Shown: positions 58,124 to 64,000 of the stretch, piece by piece
Position numbering within the stretch: position 1 is the first letter of the stretch
Layout of the letters: each line of letters begins with the position of its first letter
IMG/VR virus record: IMGVR_UViG_3300045594_000116
Coordinates: 32,001-96,000 of that record
Length of the DNA: 64,000 nucleotides
Source of the DNA: a virus
Lineage: Duplodnaviria; Caudoviricetes
Strand: one strand, 5' to 3'
The notes under the pieces: generated by a model
What the model was told of the DNA's origin: nothing
Seen by the model: the letters and a program-made list of their open reading frames with translations, nothing else
Database searches by the model: none
Translations under genes and position numbers: made by a program

Positions 58124-59119
58124 TTATTTCATATCAAGTACATGCTCTACGACATAGTCACGATCTACATCGATAAGGCCCATGGTGTTTACCATTTCAA
58201 GAACAGTATACATTACACGAGTATCATTGAGCACTTTACCTACATTCAAGCTTCCACTTTCATTTACATATCCAGCTTCCTTGAACTTAGGATCTTTGAT
58301 CATCGACTCACTGAACTGACGTACCATTGCGCCATAAAGATTAGTGCTCTCACCATATACAGATGCAACCTTTTTCTTAGCTGCTACTGTATAATCTTTA
58401 ATGACAGCCTCATTAGTAGTTTTACCAATTTTAGCTTTGGCCGCAGTATAGATATCTTTGATCTGCTGTTTTGCCTCGGAGTTCTGGTCTACGAAATGCG
58501 TAACTGCATCTTCAACCCTCTTCGAGATCACTCCAGCGAGTTTGTTAGGAGTGCATCCCTGAATTGTATGAATGAACTTATCTGCATAATCTTTATCAAG
58601 AGTATAGCAGATGTCAGTTTCATCATCAGGGCATTCCTTGCATTTCTTTTTGCTGCTTTCCATGACGACTTTAACAAGGTCATTGATCTCATTAGCGTAT
58701 TCACAAAGATATACGTTCTTATCCTGCATTGAGAATAAGAGATCCCCGATCCCGTTCTCTGCAATGATGCTTTCAATGATACCATGGCCGAGACTGGTCT
58801 GATGCTCATTATAACCATCAAGCGCAGCGATCTGGTCGAATGGAACAGCAAGGGCTTCAGCAAGAAGACTTCCTCTGAGAATTTCACCGAATTCCTTAAT
58901 CTTTTTCAGATTCTTTTCTTTCTTGTCGAGCTGTGCCTTACTCTTCTTGAATTTTTCGTCTTTAGCCTGAATAGCCATTTTGGATGCATGTTCACGAAGA
59001 ATGCTATCCTTCTCCGCCTGAGAAGCCTGGCTAGGGCCAAACACGGATTCTCTAAGGCGAGCCGCCTCACGTTGTCTACGAGCTGATCTGAATTTAGCAT
59101 AGTTATCTACGAGTTCCAC
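58124..59119 (-). CDS. Putative virion (head/internal) protein
   Basis: Late operon with LRES, VMES and VNES processing-like motifs; GTG start after GGAGG. Confidence 0.65.
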   Translation of the reverse strand: MELVDNYAKFRSARRQREAARLRESVFGPSQASQAEKDSILREHASKMAIQAKDEKFKKSKAQLDKKEKNLKKIKEFGEILRGSLLAEALAVPFDQIAALDGYNEHQTSLGHGIIESIIAENGIGDLLFSMQDKNVYLCEYANEINDLVKVVMESSKKKCKECPDDETDICYTLDKDYADKFIHTIQGCTPNKLAGVISKRVEDAVTHFVDQNSEAKQQIKDIYTAAKAKIGKTTNEAVIKDYTVAAKKKVASVYGESTNLYGAMVRQFSESMIKDPKFKEAGYVNESGSLNVGKVLNDTRVMYTVLEMVNTMGLIDVDRDYVVEHVLDMK

Positions 59120-59134
59120 GTTTGTCACCTCCAA

Positions 59135-60190
59135 TTAAAATATAGAATCACCCTGCGGAACACTGTTACCACCTTTCGGAACGGTAGGATTAGTATCCAC
59201 AACGTCATCGTATTTCATCTTTTTGCTTGTACGTTCAATTTCCTTAGGAGCAGCTTTCTCCCCATAGGTCTGATCGATACAAATCTTGTTAGAGATGGCT
59301 TTGAAGAACTTTGCAATAGCCTTCTGCTTCTTAACAACATCATCGCGCTTACCGACCGTAGCACTGTTGTTCATCTCAATATCCCGAGCATTCATTTCCA
59401 GAAGATCTGCCTGAATATCGAAATACTGACTTACTCTCGTGCGAAGCGAGAAGAAGAAGAATGTCAGCTCACGAAGAATCGGGAGGATGTTCATCAGAAT
59501 ACCAGCGATAGCTGCTACACCGGCAATGACAGCAAGATCATCTACACCAGTGATTTTCTTTACACGGCCCTTGATAAGAGGCTCGAATGCTTTATTGATC
59601 TGATCTTTCTCGCAAGCTTTATTGAAGCCGCAGAGAGAATGATATACCATTGATTGACGAGTACGAGCAATACCAGCTTTATCCAGAGCAATCTGGAATC
59701 CATCGGAATTTGGTACTTTTACATATTCAATCGTTGCAGCGATCATGTAAGACAGACTCTCAACAACCGAAAGAACCATCTCGCAATACGTTACCTCAAT
59801 GATCTCTACATCAGCCATATAGCCACGAGTAAAGATCTGCTTATGCTTTTCGATGTTAGCAAGGCATCTAGAAATCTGGTCAATCGGTTCTGTGTCCTGG
59901 TTATACTGCTTGATCAAATCATGCAGAATGCCGATACACTCAACCATATCATCATATTTACTAAGCTTGCGAACATCGCCTTTAGTATCAGGAATCTCGC
60001 CAAAGTCGATCTCATCGACCTTACTTACAATCATCTGATACAGCTTGGACGTAAGAGCAAGAATAATACTATTCTGCTCTGCTTCTACTACAGGGGTCTG
60101 ATCCGCTTCGATAAGAGAGCAGACTTTGTTTCTCGTAGTAGGATCTTGTAAATCAAGCATTAAACTTGATTCTCTAAACAAAGTTCTCAT
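59135..60190 (-). CDS. Putative virion structural protein
   Basis: Late operon; FRES and VVEA motifs. Confidence 0.65.
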   Translation of the reverse strand: MRTLFRESSLMLDLQDPTTRNKVCSLIEADQTPVVEAEQNSIILALTSKLYQMIVSKVDEIDFGEIPDTKGDVRKLSKYDDMVECIGILHDLIKQYNQDTEPIDQISRCLANIEKHKQIFTRGYMADVEIIEVTYCEMVLSVVESLSYMIAATIEYVKVPNSDGFQIALDKAGIARTRQSMVYHSLCGFNKACEKDQINKAFEPLIKGRVKKITGVDDLAVIAGVAAIAGILMNILPILRELTFFFFSLRTRVSQYFDIQADLLEMNARDIEMNNSATVGKRDDVVKKQKAIAKFFKAISNKICIDQTYGEKAAPKEIERTSKKMKYDDVVDTNPTVPKGGNSVPQGDSIF

Positions 60191-60207
60191 TGATATCCAC
60201 CCTCCAA

Positions 60208-61464
60208 TTATCGATTCGTTGCAAGGAGATTGATAATCTTCTTGTAGTTTCCGCTCTCTTCACGTTCCAGATGAGCATAAGACATAACTTCATACTGACC
60301 AGAACCATCATCAAAGAGGAAGCTTACTTTCTCAAGCACTTCATCGACAACAACGAATGCCATCACATTATATGCATCCATGATAGGAAGGATATTGCTA
60401 CCTTTCAAAACACGAATACGCTCTTCTTTTTCAAGAGTATCTGCAGTATCTTTAGAGATAAGCAGAGTGGTGATAGCGGATGCATCATTCATCATGCCGG
60501 TGAACCGTTTAATACGACTCTTGATGGCACGACGCTCAAGCAACTTCCAAACACGGTCAGAAGAACCACGCCCAGATGTAGAGAGAGCATCAAGCTTAGC
60601 CCGATCAATAGCAAAGACAAAATCTTTCCAGAAAGAAATTTCACGGGTAGAAGCACGCAGGAAATTGAACAGACCATTGCGATCCTTGTTTTTGATAACA
60701 AGACGATTGATCATATCCTGGCGAGATACATACTGCAGCTTAGCCTTTACGCCAACTACAGCCGTCTGAGGAACACACGCACCATCGACATTTGCATAGA
60801 ATTTGATAGTAATGAGTGTCGGAACAAGTTCATTTGCTTTCTTTACGTCAGTTGCAATCTGCTGCTTAGCAACAAAATCCTGCTCTGCCGCAAACTGGTC
60901 ATCTTCATTGGAACGAGCTTCAGTGATAGGAACACCATAAGAATTCTGGTTTACACCAAAACGAGAAAGTGAAGGATTCATAACTCCTTCATTCATATGG
61001 TAGTCAATGTTTTTCATATCTTCCATTACAGCTTTAAACTGAGATGGATCAGTGATCTCGATACCCGTAACAGAACTAGACTCATTAGAAATCTTGTCCA
61101 TGATACCGATGAACTCGTTTACATCGAGCTCGTCATCAAGCTCAATATTCTTATGAAGCTGACCGATATACTCGATAGCATTACGGCTATCTGAGATATT
61201 GATTGCTGAGAAGAGCATCTGTAACATTACAACTGCTTTTCTCTCTATAGCTTTGCAGCACATTCTTGCAGCATCCACCGTCACACTTTCTTCCGCAATG
61301 ACAGGGAAGACAAGAGTAAGATTAGATGCACCCTTTGCGATGCTTCTATATGACGTATTGGTGAAGATACCCTTTAACGGTTCAGTTTCTGAATTAATTC
61401 CGCTAATTACATCCACGATGTCACGAAGAACAGTCTCATGGATCTGTCTAGGATTTTTATTCAT
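60208..61464 (-). CDS. Putative virion structural protein
   Basis: Late promoter at 61486-61497, AAGGAGG RBS, 418 aa. Confidence 0.65.
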   Translation of the reverse strand: MNKNPRQIHETVLRDIVDVISGINSETEPLKGIFTNTSYRSIAKGASNLTLVFPVIAEESVTVDAARMCCKAIERKAVVMLQMLFSAINISDSRNAIEYIGQLHKNIELDDELDVNEFIGIMDKISNESSSVTGIEITDPSQFKAVMEDMKNIDYHMNEGVMNPSLSRFGVNQNSYGVPITEARSNEDDQFAAEQDFVAKQQIATDVKKANELVPTLITIKFYANVDGACVPQTAVVGVKAKLQYVSRQDMINRLVIKNKDRNGLFNFLRASTREISFWKDFVFAIDRAKLDALSTSGRGSSDRVWKLLERRAIKSRIKRFTGMMNDASAITTLLISKDTADTLEKEERIRVLKGSNILPIMDAYNVMAFVVVDEVLEKVSFLFDDGSGQYEVMSYAHLEREESGNYKKIINLLATNR

Positions 61465-61560
61465 CTGTGATTACCTCCTTTAAGTTTACTGATATGTCAG
61501 AAAAAATAAAAAGGCCACGCCAGCCAATTCAATGGAATCAAGACGATTTAAGATAGAATC

Positions 61561-61767
61561 TTAATCGAACTCAAATTCAATTATCGGTGGTTTCTGCGGT
61601 GTAACTTTTACCTCCCTCCTTTCTGCTTTAGATTCAGATACTTGCTTCGGAGAATCATCAACGTAATGGTGATACACATGCTGTGTATTGTCACCTCCAA
61701 ATCTATTGATGTTATTCTTCTTACAGTATCTCAAGTAGCTAGCATTTGGTGGTTCGAGTCTTATCAC
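61561..61767 (-). CDS. Small hypothetical protein
   Basis: RBS-like AGGGG and a variant early promoter at 61876-61886. Confidence 0.55.
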   Translation of the reverse strand: MIRLEPPNASYLRYCKKNNINRFGGDNTQHVYHHYVDDSPKQVSESKAERREVKVTPQKPPIIEFEFD

Positions 61768-61952
61768 AATATCATACCCCTATCTTATTGAATTTCTGTT
61801 CGGATGCGAATCTCTACCGAAAAACTATAACGTGGGATAGGATATGTATTGGACAATGCTATGACCTTTCATTATTATGATATATAAGTCAATCCGATAT
61901 TAACCTACCGTGGAAACATTTGAATAATTTAACGAGATTGGAGGGAATTAGC

Positions 61953-63077
61953 TTGGCTGAAAATGTAGGTAGCACTGGCGATTATTACGATAATAATACT
62001 GATAGTGATGGTAATGTGTATGACCAGGGCTCAGTACAAAAAGGAATGAACAAAGGAGCTACAAAAGACTCTGCTTATCAGAGTATAATTGATAAAACCA
62101 ATGCTGATGGAAATCTGATAAAAGTTATGCATGCTAATGGCATTTATGATAGATCAGATTTCAATGACTGGGGTACATTTTATCGGTTCCAGCGAATGGA
62201 CCCGTATAGATTAGCACCTAATTCAAAGGAGTATATATTCATCACCAAACCTGATTTGCATATTTTTGAGGGATCTGCTGATACACTCAATCCAGAAATT
62301 GCTGGTAATGCTTTCTTCGTGGATCTTATGACTAGGGGATATGGTACCGTTCTTAAGAATCTTCAGTATTCTGTAGATACGTCTTGTCCTTTTATTAGAG
62401 CTTTTACTAATCTGAAGAGATCTAATGTAGACTTGACTGCTATTACAGCTGGAGATCAGGATACCGCATCCAACATGTTCAACACCAAAATGACATATCG
62501 AAAGAGTTCATTCTCTTCCGATGAAGATGCTGATTTCAATATAGAGTTCGAAGACTCTAAGTATCTTGAAGTTTATCTTTGGTTTAGGGCATTTGATGAA
62601 TATGAGAGAAAGAAGTTTGAAGGGAGAGTAACACCTCCTTCACAGAGTTATACCTTCAACAAGATTCTTCATGACCAGATGACCTTGTTTAAGTTCATCG
62701 TCGGAGAGAATGGAGAAGATATTATTCACTACTCTCGAATCACTGGTTGCTATCCTAAGAATGTAAACCGAGATGCTTTTGGCGATATGCCTGATGATGG
62801 TCATATCAAATTAACCACATCATGGAAGGGAACATTCGTAAAGGATATGGACCCAGAGATTATTGCCCACTTCAATAAACTCGTATCTGCCAATGGTGTA
62901 TCCGGCACTGGATATGTGGATGTATGGGACGACTCTATTCAGGCTATTAGTGGTGAAGATGTAACTATGCCATATATCTCTGTCGACTATGTGCCTAACT
63001 CAGATTATCTTCAGTATAGACTCAAATGGAGAGGTTATACTGATACTAGTACAACTACAGATACTACTTCAAAATAA
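61953..63077 (+). CDS. Putative baseplate / tail-tube-fold virion protein
   Basis: Late promoter at 61916-61927. YIFITKPDL...F.IEF.D...GCYP pattern is tube-like; precedes the wedge gene. Confidence 0.55.
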   Translation: MAENVGSTGDYYDNNTDSDGNVYDQGSVQKGMNKGATKDSAYQSIIDKTNADGNLIKVMHANGIYDRSDFNDWGTFYRFQRMDPYRLAPNSKEYIFITKPDLHIFEGSADTLNPEIAGNAFFVDLMTRGYGTVLKNLQYSVDTSCPFIRAFTNLKRSNVDLTAITAGDQDTASNMFNTKMTYRKSSFSSDEDADFNIEFEDSKYLEVYLWFRAFDEYERKKFEGRVTPPSQSYTFNKILHDQMTLFKFIVGENGEDIIHYSRITGCYPKNVNRDAFGDMPDDGHIKLTTSWKGTFVKDMDPEIIAHFNKLVSANGVSGTGYVDVWDDSIQAISGEDVTMPYISVDYVPNSDYLQYRLKWRGYTDTSTTTDTTSK

Positions 63078-63095
63078 GGATGGTGATATAAGCAA

Positions 63096-64000
63096 ATGGC
63101 TACAACAACGACAACCAAACTATCTACAGATGTATATGATATAGCTAAGATAGTAGAAGCTATAAAACAGAAGTACACTGAGATTTCTGAAGATACATTA
63201 GCATTGGGTATCTATGGATACTTCAATGAAATGCATACTAATATCCTTGAGAATACAACCGTTATGGCTGCAAACTACGCAAATGAGGCTGTTCCTACGA
63301 AAGCTAAATTTGAACGTAATGTAATTTGCCATGCAGTTTCATTAGGGATTAACAATATCCGTGCAACTCCGGCTGCTATACAGGTTCTTTATGCTATTCC
63401 TGAGAAGGAGCTAATAGCAAATATGCAGGATGATACATTCATTCTGGATAAAGAGATTACTGTTACATTTGGATCTGATCCAGCATTGCAGTATGATTAT
63501 ATACTGGACTATGATATCGTTATAAAGCGTAATCTGCTTCCAACTGGTAAGTACGTTTATACTGCATACTATAACATGAATAAATGGAATGAAGTATCAG
63601 ATATCGATACTCCATACCTTCCAGCTATCGCTGTTATAAACTACGGGCCTGATAACTTTATTGCTCTGAGTACAATTCTTAGAGAAGTCACCCATAGCCA
63701 GGTTTATAAGAAGATCACTGTAACTAACCCATTAGAGACTATGACAGTTAATTTTGGGTTTGAAAATCAGTTAGCTTATTTCTACGTAGAAGCAGTAGAA
63801 GACGGTGTTACTCATACCCTTGAGTGCTGCTACGATGGCTTATACTCTACAAAGGGAAATGAATACTGCAACTACATGTATATCGACGATAAGAATATTC
63901 GTATCAAGTTCAATCGTGATTCTTATCAGCCTAGAACCAATGCAGATGTAACGGTTCATGTATTTACTACTCATGGCTCTGCTTGTAACTTCTCTTACAA
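63096..64000 (+). CDS. Baseplate wedge protein (T4 gp6-like), truncated by the window end
   Basis: Frame starts at the ATG at 63096 (MATTTTTKLS...). NEAVPTKAKFERNVICHA..LG resembles the gp6 N-terminal motif. Confidence 0.65.
   Translation, partial: MATTTTTKLSTDVYDIAKIVEAIKQKYTEISEDTLALGIYGYFNEMHTNILENTTVMAANYANEAVPTKAKFERNVICHAVSLGINNIRATPAAIQVLYAIPEKELIANMQDDTFILDKEITVTFGSDPALQYDYILDYDIVIKRNLLPTGKYVYTAYYNMNKWNEVSDIDTPYLPAIAVINYGPDNFIALSTILREVTHSQVYKKITVTNPLETMTVNFGFENQLAYFYVEAVEDGVTHTLECCYDGLYSTKGNEYCNYMYIDDKNIRIKFNRDSYQPRTNADVTVHVFTTHGSACNFSY

Overview
A 64-kb segment of an AT-rich jumbo myophage of the phiKZ/AR9 (PBS1)-like type, probably infecting a Firmicute; the host call is a weak inference. 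It encodes three multisubunit RNA polymerase subunits: an early beta'-N gene interrupted by a group I intron that runs off the left edge, a late beta'-C and a late 1543-aa beta. It also carries baseplate, tail and head genes, a 4860-aa tape-measure/tail-lysin, RNase H, ThyX, a dTMP-kinase-like protein, a RusA-like resolvase, a kinase-like protein and many small orphan genes. Two promoter classes can be read from the sequence: early-type TATATATWATA and late-type ACA-N6-TAA. The most unusual features are four. (1) Three dispersed paralogous mini-gene cassettes each have an early promoter, a structured leader with an RBS-occluding hairpin, a ~55-aa peptide and an invariant 3' hairpin, plus a convergent late-type promoter that would make antisense RNA. 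(2) About 15 GKWGRG motifs punctuate the giant tail protein, which carries its own C39-like peptidase, suggesting a self-processed polyprotein. (3) A ~600-nt structured noncoding locus has its own late promoter. (4) Four ~210-245-bp tandem repeats with covarying hairpins sit at a transcriptional divergence point. All functional calls come from motif recognition by eye; no database search was run.
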